From a virus (lineage: Duplodnaviria > Caudoviricetes): DNA of 64,000 nucleotides. Shown piece by piece: positions 8,806 through 19,209 of this stretch; the stretch's first letter is position 1; each line of letters begins with the position of its first letter. The notes beneath the pieces were generated by a model. That model made no database searches. It saw only the letters and a program-made list of their open reading frames with translations, and was not told where the DNA came from. The stretch covers positions 192,001 through 256,000 of the IMG/VR virus record IMGVR_UViG_2595698293_000001, one strand, 5' to 3'. The position numbers and the translations under genes are program-made.

Positions 8806-9209
8806 AAACGGTACTCGTTTATCGAGTTGAACTGTGTTTTACTGCTATCAGTATTAGTGGTATGAATTATGCTCAACAAGGACCATATACTACATATGAT
8901 GCATGGATGAGCAAAGACAATGGATATAAACCGTGTTTAGTTTCATACGATCCAATTAATCAGCCTGAACCTGAAAATGATGGATTAGAACATACATTTG
9001 CAGTAATTTATGGATTTCGTGATAAAAACCAAATGTTTGATTGGTTTTGTTGTGATATCGTCTCTTTACATTATGCTGGATTTGTGTTAAGCGTATATGA
9101 AGTACCAATTGAAGATGTAAATTATGGTAGAAAACAGTTGAATTTTTATCCAAATGAGAGTAGACTTATCTCTGTAGAATCGTTGTTGGACATTGCAGAG
9201 GATTATTAA
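8802..9209 (+). CDS. conserved phage hypothetical protein
   Basis: YRVE...GPY...PxPxxDG...YGF...QxxxWF...GF pattern. Confidence 0.75.
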   Translation: MKTVLVYRVELCFTAISISGMNYAQQGPYTTYDAWMSKDNGYKPCLVSYDPINQPEPENDGLEHTFAVIYGFRDKNQMFDWFCCDIVSLHYAGFVLSVYEVPIEDVNYGRKQLNFYPNESRLISVESLLDIAEDY

Positions 9210-9493
9210 TGAAAACTGTGACAATCAAAGAAATCCAAAATAATTGGCAAGATTTAATTGAATTTAAATATAATTTTGAAGAATACAAGAAAGATACAGC
9301 GGCAAGAAATGCTTTAAATTCTGCATTTGGCTGTAAGTTAAAAGCAGCATTCTGTACTGTATATCCTGCTGTGACAGTTGATAAAACAGGCATCGATTTT
9401 GGTGCAGCACGTATTATTTTCATTACAGAGAAAGGTGATGTAAGAATGATCTCTTCTTCTGAATGGGGTGGTATCAGTACTAAATTAAATTAA
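9209..9493 (+). CDS. hypothetical protein
   Basis: TAATG coupling, GAGG SD. Confidence 0.7.
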   Translation: MKTVTIKEIQNNWQDLIEFKYNFEEYKKDTAARNALNSAFGCKLKAAFCTVYPAVTVDKTGIDFGAARIIFITEKGDVRMISSSEWGGISTKLN

Positions 9494-9505
9494 AGGTATA
9501 TTTCC

Positions 9506-9994
9506 ATGAAACCAAATAATGTTATTGTTAATGTTCCTGAATTCCATAATGTCGTTGTGCAAGGAAAGGATTATATGACATTGGGATGTTGTGGATATGA
9601 ATTGTTTACAGTACTAAAATACCATAAACAAGATGATCGTCATCATGTTATTGTACAAAATACTGGATATCTTTGTACTATTGATAATAGTCCAAATATG
9701 CTCGCAGAGAATCCAACAACAATTCAAAAATACTTAATTGAAAATCACGGTAATGACGCTGGTTTATTCTCTTTCAGTGACATGACAGAAGAGGAAGCAA
9801 ATAGTTTTATTCCCATTGATCAAAATAAAAATGCACCTGTAGTATTTTTATACGAAGATGATGCATTCATTTATCGTGACAAACTTTGTATTCTCATCAA
9901 TGGAGAAGAAAAGTCTTTTCATGAAATCAGTGCGGATAAGAAATATATTTTTACTGTAGTACTCAATCGCATTACTGAAGTACTGATGGATTGA
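9506..9994 (+). CDS. hypothetical protein
   Basis: ORF track, AAGG SD. Confidence 0.75.
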   Translation: MKPNNVIVNVPEFHNVVVQGKDYMTLGCCGYELFTVLKYHKQDDRHHVIVQNTGYLCTIDNSPNMLAENPTTIQKYLIENHGNDAGLFSFSDMTEEEANSFIPIDQNKNAPVVFLYEDDAFIYRDKLCILINGEEKSFHEISADKKYIFTVVLNRITEVLMD

Positions 9995-10069
9995 TATTAA
10001 AAATGGTTGACTTTATGTCAACCATTTTGTTATTATACGCATATATTAAGTCAATAAGGATTTATTTTA

Positions 10070-10372
10070 ATGAAAAATAAATTAGTGCTTACTATCATTT
10101 TTTTAATTCCATCAATCCCTTCATATGCAGGTAAATTGAGTGAGCCAGTTTGTGAAGTACGAGTATGTAATAAAATTTCTCGTTTTTCTTTAGATATTAT
10201 GTCACATATTAAAGATAAAATGGGTGAGAAATGTGATACTGTATTATTACCCAAATCAGAATCATATGTTGGTAATGTATTATCATCAGAAAGTCGTTGG
10301 TATCAAGGTAGTTCTATCAATCCAACAAAGAAATCAGTGACGAAAGTTGTAGAAGTACTTGAATGTCAATGA
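10070..10372 (+). CDS. exported Cys-containing hypothetical protein
   Basis: signal peptide, 4 Cys; flanked by two cassettes. Confidence 0.75.
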   Translation: MKNKLVLTIIFLIPSIPSYAGKLSEPVCEVRVCNKISRFSLDIMSHIKDKMGEKCDTVLLPKSESYVGNVLSSESRWYQGSSINPTKKSVTKVVEVLECQ

Positions 10373-10464
10373 TTAATAATTTAAAGCCAACAAAAGGTTG
10401 ACTTCGGTCAGCCTTTTTTCTATTGGTAAATATTCATGATAACAAAGAATCAAGGATGATTTTT

Positions 10465-11652
10465 ATGGCAAGCGGAATAAGATTAACCCAAGAAGAAGCA
10501 GAAATATTAGTTCAAGAACAATGTATTAAAAATAATTATACGTATAAACCATTTACATATATTAATGCAAAAACTATTTTAATATTGAAGTGTGATGATG
10601 CCGAACATGAAGAATGGAAATGTAAATTTGGTAAATTCATTTATAATGGAACTGGCTGCCCTGAATGTAAAGGAAGAAATTCGTTAAAAGAAAAAACTGC
10701 AAGAAAAAGAGTACATGATATATGTACTTCCAAAGGATATACTTATGATCCGTCATTTACATTCAATGGTTCTATTAAAACCATAATTACGGTTTATTGT
10801 AATGTTAATGGACATAAACCATATAAAATAACCTATAATGCATTAGTAAATCAGAAATATGGATGTATTGAATGTGGTGGTAGATTGAAACTATCACAGC
10901 AAAAAGCTGAATCAAATGTGATTAAACGATGTTCTGAAGTTGGCTATACTTATAGACCATTTGAATATAAAAATAATAATACTAAGATTTTATTAAATTG
11001 TTCAATTACAGAACATGAAGAATTTTATATAAGTTATTATAATTTTATTAGTAACAAAAATGGTTGTCCTGTCTGTAGTAAGTTACGTGTTTCAGAAAAG
11101 CTTAGACTTTCACAAGAGGAAGCAGAATTTCGATTGAATGAAATATGTTTATTGAATGGATATTCATATGAACCATTTGTGTATATTAATTCATCAACTG
11201 TTATAGATATGAAATGTTCAGTTCCTGAACATCCTTCTTGGAAATCTAGTTTTCAAAATACTGTACAAAAAAGACGAGGGTGTCCGTGTTGTTTTATTGG
11301 TGGTTATGATCCAAACAAACCAGGTTATTTGTATATACACAGAATACATGGAGATGATAAAACATATTATAAGTTTGGTATAACAAATAATTATGAAGAT
11401 AGATTCAAACAATATAATAATAATGCATTCAAAACTGAAAAATTTAAAACATATTATAGTACTGATGGTTTATTAATAAAGGATATAGAATATTATATTA
11501 AATATAAATCTAATATTGAACGATGTGTTTTATCGAAAGAAAATTACAAGGATGGATATACTGAAACCATAAATGAATCGTCATATGAGCAGTTAATACA
11601 TATAATAGAACAATATAACGTAGAATCTATTGACGTAAATGCAATTAAGTAG
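10465..11652 (+). CDS. free-standing homing endonuclease-like protein: four C..H..GCPxC zinc-ribbon repeats plus a C-terminal GIY-YIG-like (T5orf172/MUG113-type) domain
   Basis: repeats ending GCPEC, GCIEC, GCPVC, GCPCC; GYLYI...YKFGITNN...RF...DGYTET; AAGGA SD before ATG 10465. Confidence 0.8.
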   Translation: MASGIRLTQEEAEILVQEQCIKNNYTYKPFTYINAKTILILKCDDAEHEEWKCKFGKFIYNGTGCPECKGRNSLKEKTARKRVHDICTSKGYTYDPSFTFNGSIKTIITVYCNVNGHKPYKITYNALVNQKYGCIECGGRLKLSQQKAESNVIKRCSEVGYTYRPFEYKNNNTKILLNCSITEHEEFYISYYNFISNKNGCPVCSKLRVSEKLRLSQEEAEFRLNEICLLNGYSYEPFVYINSSTVIDMKCSVPEHPSWKSSFQNTVQKRRGCPCCFIGGYDPNKPGYLYIHRIHGDDKTYYKFGITNNYEDRFKQYNNNAFKTEKFKTYYSTDGLLIKDIEYYIKYKSNIERCVLSKENYKDGYTETINESSYEQLIHIIEQYNVESIDVNAIK

Positions 11653-11695
11653 TAAAATAAATAATAGTATATTTTAAGTTAAAGGAGGGCATACA

Positions 11696-13393
11696 ATGCC
11701 TGGTGATTATAATAATGGCGACATGAAGCACAGAAATGGTGCAATTGTACAACATTCAAAACGCAAGTCGGAGTACCGCCCTGCTGGTAACTATGTTGGT
11801 GGTAGTAAAATGAGCAGGAATCAGTCCACTGGAAAACAAGGTGCTGAGAACGCAAAACCCGGTGAAGTTACTGACACTTCCAAAATGAATCAAGAAGAAA
11901 AGTTGCGTTATTTTAATAAACTTGGACTTCTTAATCCAACACAAAAACAGCAACTTGCTGATATTGATGCTAAAAAATCACAATCCAGTACTGCAAATGT
12001 TGAACCAGTACAGAAACCTAGTACTGAACAACCTAAACCAGATGTTAATCCAGTAAAAGAATTATCTGATAAATTAGGTAAAATTTTCGCTAATAAACCA
12101 CAATTAATTCAAGGTATCGTGAAAGCATTACAATCTGTGCCAAAAGAACAATTAAAAGATAAAGCACAAGCTGTACTGAAAGCTATGAATAACAACACCA
12201 GTACTGAACCAACTGAAGTATTCAGTACTGTAATGCAAGCAATTGAAGGTTCTCCTGAAAAGGATGAAGATGATATTGATTTCGATGAAAAAGAACCAGT
12301 TAAATCTGAACCAGAAGAAGGTTCTATTGACTGGATTCGTAAAATACATAAGTTTGTTTTTGATAAGTATTTTAATCAAGATTTTGATAGTTATAAATCT
12401 TATAGGGATTTACTTAAAAATAAACACGATGCTAATATTTTTCAGGATTATCTTGAAAAAATGGAAAAAAATCCAAAAATCAAACCATTGTATGATCTAG
12501 CTATGCATAAATTAAATGACTTCGATCCAGAAGAAGGTGAAGATTCTAAATTCATTAACATTGGTGACGCAGTATTCAGTATCATCAAAGATGGTGAAAA
12601 TGTACAACAAAGTTCTGGTGCTGAAGAAAGTGATAAGTACGCTCAAGATTATGAAAGAGAAGAAGAAAAAAGTCGTGATCTAGAACGTCAGTACAGTACT
12701 ATGTCAGAGAATGATTTTAGAAAAGATTTTCATTTCTTAGATAGTAAAGATGTAGAAGCATTAATTAAACAAGCTAAGCAATTCAAAAATTATCAATCAG
12801 CACTATCAGCTATTGCTTCGGGTGTTGATAATAGCACAGATGGTGATAACAATGAAATTCTTTCTTCCATGTATGCTATCGCTGATGATTTAGGTAGTAT
12901 GGGATTTGAATTGAAAGATAACGATAACAGTACTTCAGATAATAATGAATATGGTTTTGTTATGTCTCCAGAAGAATTATCATCTACTGGAAAACATAGT
13001 TATAATAATGATCCAGAAGTATATCAACAGCCAACATTGGATGATGCCTTAGTACTTGCACGTAAACATGCAGCGGCTGCACGTAAAGAAGATTTTGATA
13101 AATTCTTGAAATATGTAGCTGATGGTATGAAAGAACAGGGTACTAAACCAGCAATTATTAACAGAACTCTTAGTCATTATATGCATGAACTAAAAAATAA
13201 TGGTTTTAAATTTCAATCTGCACTAAATTCTATGGTAGATAATGCCGAGGCTTATGATCCAGATGATGATTATGGTACTGAATTTGACCACAACATAGCT
13301 TCATTTGAAAGTGGGATGGAAAACTACGATAAAGATCAATCAAAATATGAAGATCAAATAATTCACGTTTACAATCAATTACACGGAAAATAA
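11696..13393 (+). CDS. 565-aa acidic, Cys-free, low-complexity protein; possible internal virion protein
   Basis: strong AGGAGG SD; TAAATA late-type motif upstream; D/E-rich; function is inference. Confidence 0.7.
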   Translation: MPGDYNNGDMKHRNGAIVQHSKRKSEYRPAGNYVGGSKMSRNQSTGKQGAENAKPGEVTDTSKMNQEEKLRYFNKLGLLNPTQKQQLADIDAKKSQSSTANVEPVQKPSTEQPKPDVNPVKELSDKLGKIFANKPQLIQGIVKALQSVPKEQLKDKAQAVLKAMNNNTSTEPTEVFSTVMQAIEGSPEKDEDDIDFDEKEPVKSEPEEGSIDWIRKIHKFVFDKYFNQDFDSYKSYRDLLKNKHDANIFQDYLEKMEKNPKIKPLYDLAMHKLNDFDPEEGEDSKFINIGDAVFSIIKDGENVQQSSGAEESDKYAQDYEREEEKSRDLERQYSTMSENDFRKDFHFLDSKDVEALIKQAKQFKNYQSALSAIASGVDNSTDGDNNEILSSMYAIADDLGSMGFELKDNDNSTSDNNEYGFVMSPEELSSTGKHSYNNDPEVYQQPTLDDALVLARKHAAAARKEDFDKFLKYVADGMKEQGTKPAIINRTLSHYMHELKNNGFKFQSALNSMVDNAEAYDPDDDYGTEFDHNIASFESGMENYDKDQSKYEDQIIHVYNQLHGK

Positions 13394-13462
13394 TAAAAAG
13401 GGTTGACTTCGGTCAGCCCTTTTGTTATTATATATACATCCAAACAAAATAGGAATACTACA

Positions 13463-13855
13463 ATGCCTTTAATTAAATTGGAAACTCATATCGCTGCTAT
13501 CGAATCCATGATGAAACAACTGGATGTTCTTGAACTGACAACTGATAGTCCAGTACTGAATCATTGTCTCAGTCTTGAAGATATGGGTGAATTGGGTAAT
13601 GGTATTGAAGCAATTCGCCGTAATCTGAATAATGCTAAAGCATGGGCTGTTGAGCAATATAATACACAAGTGTTGCAATTATCGTACACTACCAACAAAG
13701 GTGATTTTGCTCGTTTTCATGGTACTAAAGATGAACTTCGTAAATTCTGGAATTCATCAAAAGATAATATGAAGTACGTTGAAATCTATTACAATTATTC
13801 TCGTGCTCCAATATGTGGTGATAAAGCTGTTGGAATATTTTTATCCACAAATTAA
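13463..13855 (+). CDS. hypothetical protein
   Basis: AGGA SD after cassette promoter; start reassigned. Confidence 0.75.
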   Translation: MPLIKLETHIAAIESMMKQLDVLELTTDSPVLNHCLSLEDMGELGNGIEAIRRNLNNAKAWAVEQYNTQVLQLSYTTNKGDFARFHGTKDELRKFWNSSKDNMKYVEIYYNYSRAPICGDKAVGIFLSTN

Positions 13856-13939
13856 TTAAAAAGGGTTGATTTCGGTCAGCCCTTTTGTTATCATATCAGT
13901 ACTTAATATATAATTTTAATTTAAAAGGATATCTTACTC

Positions 13940-14176
13940 ATGATGGTATCAGTACAACCGTATGTAAATGGTACTTTTGTCCTTAAAATCGAAAGTGGTT
14001 ACAGGACTGGTTTATTCGTTAGTAAACCAAAGCTCAATGATACTGATATAGAATTTCCAGAAACATTCAGTACTGAAACAGATGCATTAAATTGGGCAAT
14101 TGAAAATGGATATCAAAAAATTAAAATAAACAGCACGATTGAATTAAATTATGGAGTTCGTATAAATGCAAAATGA
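13940..14176 (+). CDS. hypothetical protein
   Basis: AGGA SD. Confidence 0.65.
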   Translation: MMVSVQPYVNGTFVLKIESGYRTGLFVSKPKLNDTDIEFPETFSTETDALNWAIENGYQKIKINSTIELNYGVRINAK

Positions 14177-14528
14177 ACAAGAGAATCAAGAAAAGAAAAA
14201 ACTAGATACTAATGATTATAAAATCTTACATATCGCCTTACAAAAAATCATGGAAGGCGAACGTAATGAAGATTATGGCATTTGTTATAATCTACAATCT
14301 AAAGTACTAAACTATATTGAAAAACGATTCATTTATCAATTCCTTCAGGAATCACTAAAAAGTATTCTTGGTGGTAAATGTGGTCAATATCCAATTGAAG
14401 GGTCGTATGAAGATTTCAAACGAAACAATGAAAAATGGAATACATTTACTGAATTCGGATTTAAGCGTTTAAATCTACTCAAATCAATGATTGAACGTAC
14501 TGAAAAACTTTCTTTGGGAGAAAAATAA
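14166..14528 (+). CDS. hypothetical protein, paralog of 18717..19148
   Basis: GxRNExxGICxNL...YPIEGS...KW...RLNLLxSMI. Confidence 0.8.
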   Translation: MQNEQENQEKKKLDTNDYKILHIALQKIMEGERNEDYGICYNLQSKVLNYIEKRFIYQFLQESLKSILGGKCGQYPIEGSYEDFKRNNEKWNTFTEFGFKRLNLLKSMIERTEKLSLGEK

Positions 14529-14950
14529 TGTCCAACTGCCCACATTGCAATAAAGAATTAAAAATTGACTCCTGTGTATATAATAATGTTGAGACTTATG
14601 GTAAATCCGCATTAGCAACATCTAAATGTTGTGGGCGTGCTGTGGTGGTTTCTCGTGTAGTCAACTTTGGTATCAGTGCTTATAATGGTGAACGAACTGA
14701 AGATGATTGGGGTAACAGTATTCTACCAAAATCTAATGTACCACAAAGCAATATCAATGATGAACTTGCTATCAATGTTGTTGAACTTCTAAAATCAGAT
14801 AGACGATATGAAGCACTTGAAGTTATTCGCAGCATCAAAAATCCACTGACTGCTGGTTGGCTTGTACAAGAAGTATTAAATGAATTAAATGTTCCGAGTC
14901 GTACACAAACAAAAAACTGGCTAATTAATGCTCTTTATAATGGTAAATGA
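14528..14950 (+). CDS. hypothetical protein with N-terminal CPHC...CC zinc ribbon
   Basis: MSNCPHC...SKCCG. Confidence 0.75.
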   Translation: MSNCPHCNKELKIDSCVYNNVETYGKSALATSKCCGRAVVVSRVVNFGISAYNGERTEDDWGNSILPKSNVPQSNINDELAINVVELLKSDRRYEALEVIRSIKNPLTAGWLVQEVLNELNVPSRTQTKNWLINALYNGK

Positions 14951-15270
14951 TTATGTTTGAATTATACAGATTCGCTGGAATTGCTATTGTTTTATTGGGA
15001 TTTATGTATATTTTAATTTGCCTTTTGTTGAAATTTTTCAAATACAATACATTATTGAATAAAATTTTTCCAAAAGGAATTGATGACATAGACAGAGACT
15101 GTTGTTTAATTGCTTTTTCTATATTTGGATTATGTTCGTTGTTTTTTGATATATCGGTACCAACGGCGTGCGTAAGTGCATTTCTTTCTTCTATAATTTT
15201 GTTTGTATTAATTGTATGTTTAGCAATTAATGTGCTAATTTCATTTCATAAAAAATTACCAGAAAGGTAA
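14947..15270 (+). CDS. 3-TM membrane protein related to the 26.6-29.4 kb array
   Basis: C-terminal FHKKLP motif. Confidence 0.7.
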   Translation: MIMFELYRFAGIAIVLLGFMYILICLLLKFFKYNTLLNKIFPKGIDDIDRDCCLIAFSIFGLCSLFFDISVPTACVSAFLSSIILFVLIVCLAINVLISFHKKLPER

Positions 15271-15347
15271 TATTGTAGTACTAAAAAAAATAAAAACCAA
15301 AAGACCATTTTAATATAAGTGGTCTTTTCATATTATAAGGGATAATT

Positions 15348-15722
15348 ATGTTGATCAAAGAAACTGGTAGTAAAATTAATTTTATTGATGTAAACGATGT
15401 ATACGTAGGATATGATATTAGCCAGTCCTGTTGTGAACACGCTGGTTGGTTTATTCATCCAATGCAATGTGAATCACCATATATTGAGGAATATGGTGAT
15501 TCATACAGTGGTATTGTTAATAAAGAATTTGATTTAAATGGATTTGTATTTGATACTAAGTTTGTTGAATACTCAACCAAAGATACAGATTCTGGTGCAA
15601 TGGTTATTTTCCGCATGGTTAAAGGTAATAATCAATTGTTTTTGCATCTATTCAATGTCCATAACGGATACTATGGTCATGGTTTTGATACCAATCTTCC
15701 ATGTGGGAATGGTTGTTTGTAA
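15348..15722 (+). CDS. conserved phage hypothetical protein
   Basis: QSCCE...HNGYYGHG motifs. Confidence 0.75.
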   Translation: MLIKETGSKINFIDVNDVYVGYDISQSCCEHAGWFIHPMQCESPYIEEYGDSYSGIVNKEFDLNGFVFDTKFVEYSTKDTDSGAMVIFRMVKGNNQLFLHLFNVHNGYYGHGFDTNLPCGNGCL

Positions 15723-15799
15723 GAAATTAATATTAAGGTTGACTTCGGTCAACCTTTTTGCTATTATGTAATTACAATTGTATACCGAGGATATTTAAT

Positions 15800-16054
15800 A
15801 TGTTCGCATTGCAAAATAAAAATACTAAACAGATAATGAAAGTATCTTATTATTTCACGAATAGTGATGCAGGGGTAGAATTTGATTCACAGGGTGATTA
15901 TTTTTATTTAGAAAATGATCGTGAAGAACTGGAAAAACTACTTGAATTCTATCGTGAAGAAGGTAAAATAACACAGTTTGATGATTATCCAGAATGTGGG
16001 GTAGGAGAGTTGGATGGTTACGAAATAGTTGAAATTGAATTGGTAGTTAAATGA
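15800..16054 (+). CDS. hypothetical protein, paralog of 24035..24307
   Basis: (Y/F)AL...KQ...L-x-x-DR-x-x-x-(D/E)-x-L shared. Confidence 0.7.
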   Translation: MFALQNKNTKQIMKVSYYFTNSDAGVEFDSQGDYFYLENDREELEKLLEFYREEGKITQFDDYPECGVGELDGYEIVEIELVVK

Positions 16055-16262
16055 AAACACATTAGGAATTATATCATGAAAAACATCATCAAAAAAGATT
16101 CAGGCGGTTATTCTGTAGTACTGAACGGTATTATTATCGGTGACGCAACAACTATGAAAGAAGCACGCAATATGATTGCTCAATACAAACGTAAACTTAA
16201 ATACTCAAATTTAGTTCATAAGTATACTAAATTTTCCAACGATTTTAAGTCGAAATAAAAAT

Positions 16263-16646
16263 ATGAAAATTCAATTAAGTACTACACTACAAGACACAGA
16301 AAACAAAGATAATATTGAGGTACAAATTTTAGTTGATGTATCAAAACATGACACAGTACTGATTAATATTGATGGTAAAACTTTTAAGTTAACAGATATT
16401 GAACGTATCATTGATTGTGCTGATAAATTAGTTAATTTAAGTACCGAATTCAAAGAAGAATATAGTGAAGAAGTATCTGATTTAAAATATTTTGATATTG
16501 ATTTCTTTAATCAACAGGGTGAACACAATAAAGTAACGCTTTTAGCAAAAGATCCTGCTCAAGCTGTGGTATCTTTCTATGGTTCTGCTCATGCGGAACT
16601 CCACCCAAACTCTACAATTGTCAGCGTAATGCTGAAAAAATATTGA
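16263..16646 (+). CDS. hypothetical protein
   Basis: ORF track. Confidence 0.7.
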   Translation: MKIQLSTTLQDTENKDNIEVQILVDVSKHDTVLINIDGKTFKLTDIERIIDCADKLVNLSTEFKEEYSEEVSDLKYFDIDFFNQQGEHNKVTLLAKDPAQAVVSFYGSAHAELHPNSTIVSVMLKKY

Positions 16647-17056
16647 CAGTATGGTTTTCTTTTGATATTATGTATACATGTTGAGTGTACTGAGGATTTA
16701 ATCATGCATGGTGTATTGACTTCACAAAGTATGAAAGTTGTATTCAAAGGTGAAGATGAAATCAGTTTAGAATCTGAGATTGTTCAAGAATGTCGCAGCT
16801 TTTCTGAGTTTAAAGACTTAGATATTCATACACACGGTGATTATTTTCATCACTATACAATCCAGTACAGTACTAATAGTATTGAACCGAAAAACTTTGC
16901 ACCACAAATTATGAAAGCAGCACTGCTATTGATTTCAATTGCAACAAAACGTGGATTAGTACTAGTTAATTTATAATAGTGTTTGACAAATCTTAATGAC
17001 TGCGGTACTATATCTATGTACCGCAAAACAACAAATTTTAATCTAAGGATATAAAC

Positions 17057-17644
17057 ATGAACGTTACTTTCCATAAAACTGCTAACCACAAACATGAAAT
17101 TCACATCAATGGTTTTAAAGCTGGTCTTATTCAACTTCTATCACATCATCCTGATCATAAAGTTAATGATGAACAGCGTATGGATTGGCGTGTATTCTTT
17201 TGGGGAAAATATCAACAATTCCAAATGGATTATCGTGCAGTAGGTATCTGGCCTCAGACTCGCGGTTGCAATAGTGATATCTCTCTGAATAAAATGAAAA
17301 AAGATTTGGAATTTCTTTTGCAAAATAATATCGATATTGTTCTTCCTAAAAAGTATTTTGAAGATAAAGGATATGTATTCGCCCATTTCAATGACGGCGA
17401 TATCTATACTATTGATACTGAATATCAAGATAAATGGACAGAATATTTCCATATCGGAGGAAAACATCATCTGTTTGCATCTGAACACGAACTGACTGAA
17501 CGCGTACAAAAACTGTTTGATTATGAAAAACGTAATTACGCTGGTAAACCCCACTTATTGAGTGAAAATAAAATCCTGGATATTGAATATCGTATGGTAA
17601 ATGCAATGTTCGATACTTCTTATTATAATAGCATTAAGGATTAA
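17057..17644 (+). CDS. hypothetical protein
   Basis: TTGACA 16983 promoter, AAGGA SD. Confidence 0.8.
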   Translation: MNVTFHKTANHKHEIHINGFKAGLIQLLSHHPDHKVNDEQRMDWRVFFWGKYQQFQMDYRAVGIWPQTRGCNSDISLNKMKKDLEFLLQNNIDIVLPKKYFEDKGYVFAHFNDGDIYTIDTEYQDKWTEYFHIGGKHHLFASEHELTERVQKLFDYEKRNYAGKPHLLSENKILDIEYRMVNAMFDTSYYNSIKD

Positions 17645-17645
17645 C

Positions 17646-18233
17646 ATGTTAGTTAAACTACATTTTGATTTAGAAAAAATGAATGCTGAAGGTGCCAGAA
17701 ATGGCACCTCGTATGAAGTAATCGATCATGATGGAAAGTATGCTCATATTGTGAAAGTAGATTATTCTCATTCATTGTGGAATGGTTTTGGTGCAGAAGG
17801 TGTTCATGATATTGATTTCTTAATTGAACATCAACCTGGTGTATATGAAACTCTAAGTGCAAACTTTCATTTAGAGATCGAAGAAACACAAATGAAAATT
17901 TGTGATAAGGATAACATTACCACAAACGGTGAAGTACTTGGATACGATGAATATGAACCGTATAGTACTGAATTCTTACCAAGTTATGGTGTATGTGATA
18001 ACATCGAACAAGTATTAGAACTCTATAAACCTTGTATTGTCCATAGTACTAATAAATTTGTTATTTCATTGACACCGATATATAAAAATACACAACCAGA
18101 ATTACATGGCTGGCGTTGGCATAAATGGGGTGAGTATATTGGTACTCAAGAAATTACAACCGAATACATTGCTGATGAACCACTAATTGAAATGGTATAT
18201 TGCTTCCATATCTATTGTGTAGAAGAAAAATAA
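17646..18233 (+). CDS. conserved phage protein with GWRWHKWGxYIG domain
   Basis: SYGVCDNIEQ...GWRWHKWGEYIG; start reassigned. Confidence 0.8.
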   Translation: MLVKLHFDLEKMNAEGARNGTSYEVIDHDGKYAHIVKVDYSHSLWNGFGAEGVHDIDFLIEHQPGVYETLSANFHLEIEETQMKICDKDNITTNGEVLGYDEYEPYSTEFLPSYGVCDNIEQVLELYKPCIVHSTNKFVISLTPIYKNTQPELHGWRWHKWGEYIGTQEITTEYIADEPLIEMVYCFHIYCVEEK

Positions 18234-18304
18234 TAAAAAGGGTTGACATAAGTCAACCCTTTTTGCTATAATAAAATCACATTAATTAAAAGTGATAATC
18301 AATT

Positions 18305-18703
18305 ATGTCAAAATATCGTTCAGTACTTAAAGTAAAGAAAGAAGAAATTAAACCAGAAATGTTTGAAAATAAGAAAAGTTATGAATACTTTATGACTTTG
18401 TATTATGAATTTCGTTGGTTGGAATTATTACGTAAACAAGGTGCAATCATCTTTATGGATGGTGAACCTATGGATAAAAAAGAATTTTTCTCTTTCGGTA
18501 TTGATGATGATGGAACTATGCCACGTCTTGGAACCAGTACTACTAATAATAGTATGACTGTGTATTGTGGTTTTACTTATGGTAACAAACCAAATACAGT
18601 ATTCGTTTATAAGAAAGAGATCAATGAAGCATTGAAAAATATCACTTACGTAGAAAAGAAAGATATTAAAAAATTCACTACTCAAAAATATTCATTTCAA
18701 TAA
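18305..18703 (+). CDS. hypothetical protein
   Basis: downstream of cassette promoter. Confidence 0.7.
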   Translation: MSKYRSVLKVKKEEIKPEMFENKKSYEYFMTLYYEFRWLELLRKQGAIIFMDGEPMDKKEFFSFGIDDDGTMPRLGTSTTNNSMTVYCGFTYGNKPNTVFVYKKEINEALKNITYVEKKDIKKFTTQKYSFQ

Positions 18704-18716
18704 AGGAATATAAAAT

Positions 18717-19148
18717 ATGTTCCAAAAAGAAACAGTACTTAAAAAAATAGATGAATGTATTGATACTCTTCAATATCATATTTCTGAATCGAACAGTAGT
18801 ACTGAAATTTTAGATCATACTTCAATACTTAATAAAAAAAAGAAAAAGAATTATAAATTGATTCTTTCTGCTCTTGAAGAAATTAAAAGTGGGAACAGAA
18901 ATGAACTTCATGGTATTTGTAACAACTTGTACTTCAAAATGGACAATACCGATATGGTAGAGGAATTTATTAAGTATTCTTTTGATAGAATTTATGGAAG
19001 TAATCATGATTATCCAATTGAGGGTTCTAGATTTCACTATCAAATGAATAAAAACAAATGGGACGAATCAACAATACACGGTAAAAATCGATTAAATCTT
19101 TTGGACTCGATGATTCAGTACTGTAAATGTCGATTGCTTTCTATTTAA
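18717..19148 (+). CDS. hypothetical protein, paralog of 14166..14528
   Basis: shared motifs. Confidence 0.8.
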   Translation: MFQKETVLKKIDECIDTLQYHISESNSSTEILDHTSILNKKKKKNYKLILSALEEIKSGNRNELHGICNNLYFKMDNTDMVEEFIKYSFDRIYGSNHDYPIEGSRFHYQMNKNKWDESTIHGKNRLNLLDSMIQYCKCRLLSI

Positions 19149-19209
19149 AAATATTAAAATATATGTATCCTCTTTAAATTCTAAATATATTAAAAAGGGG
19201 ATACATTAA

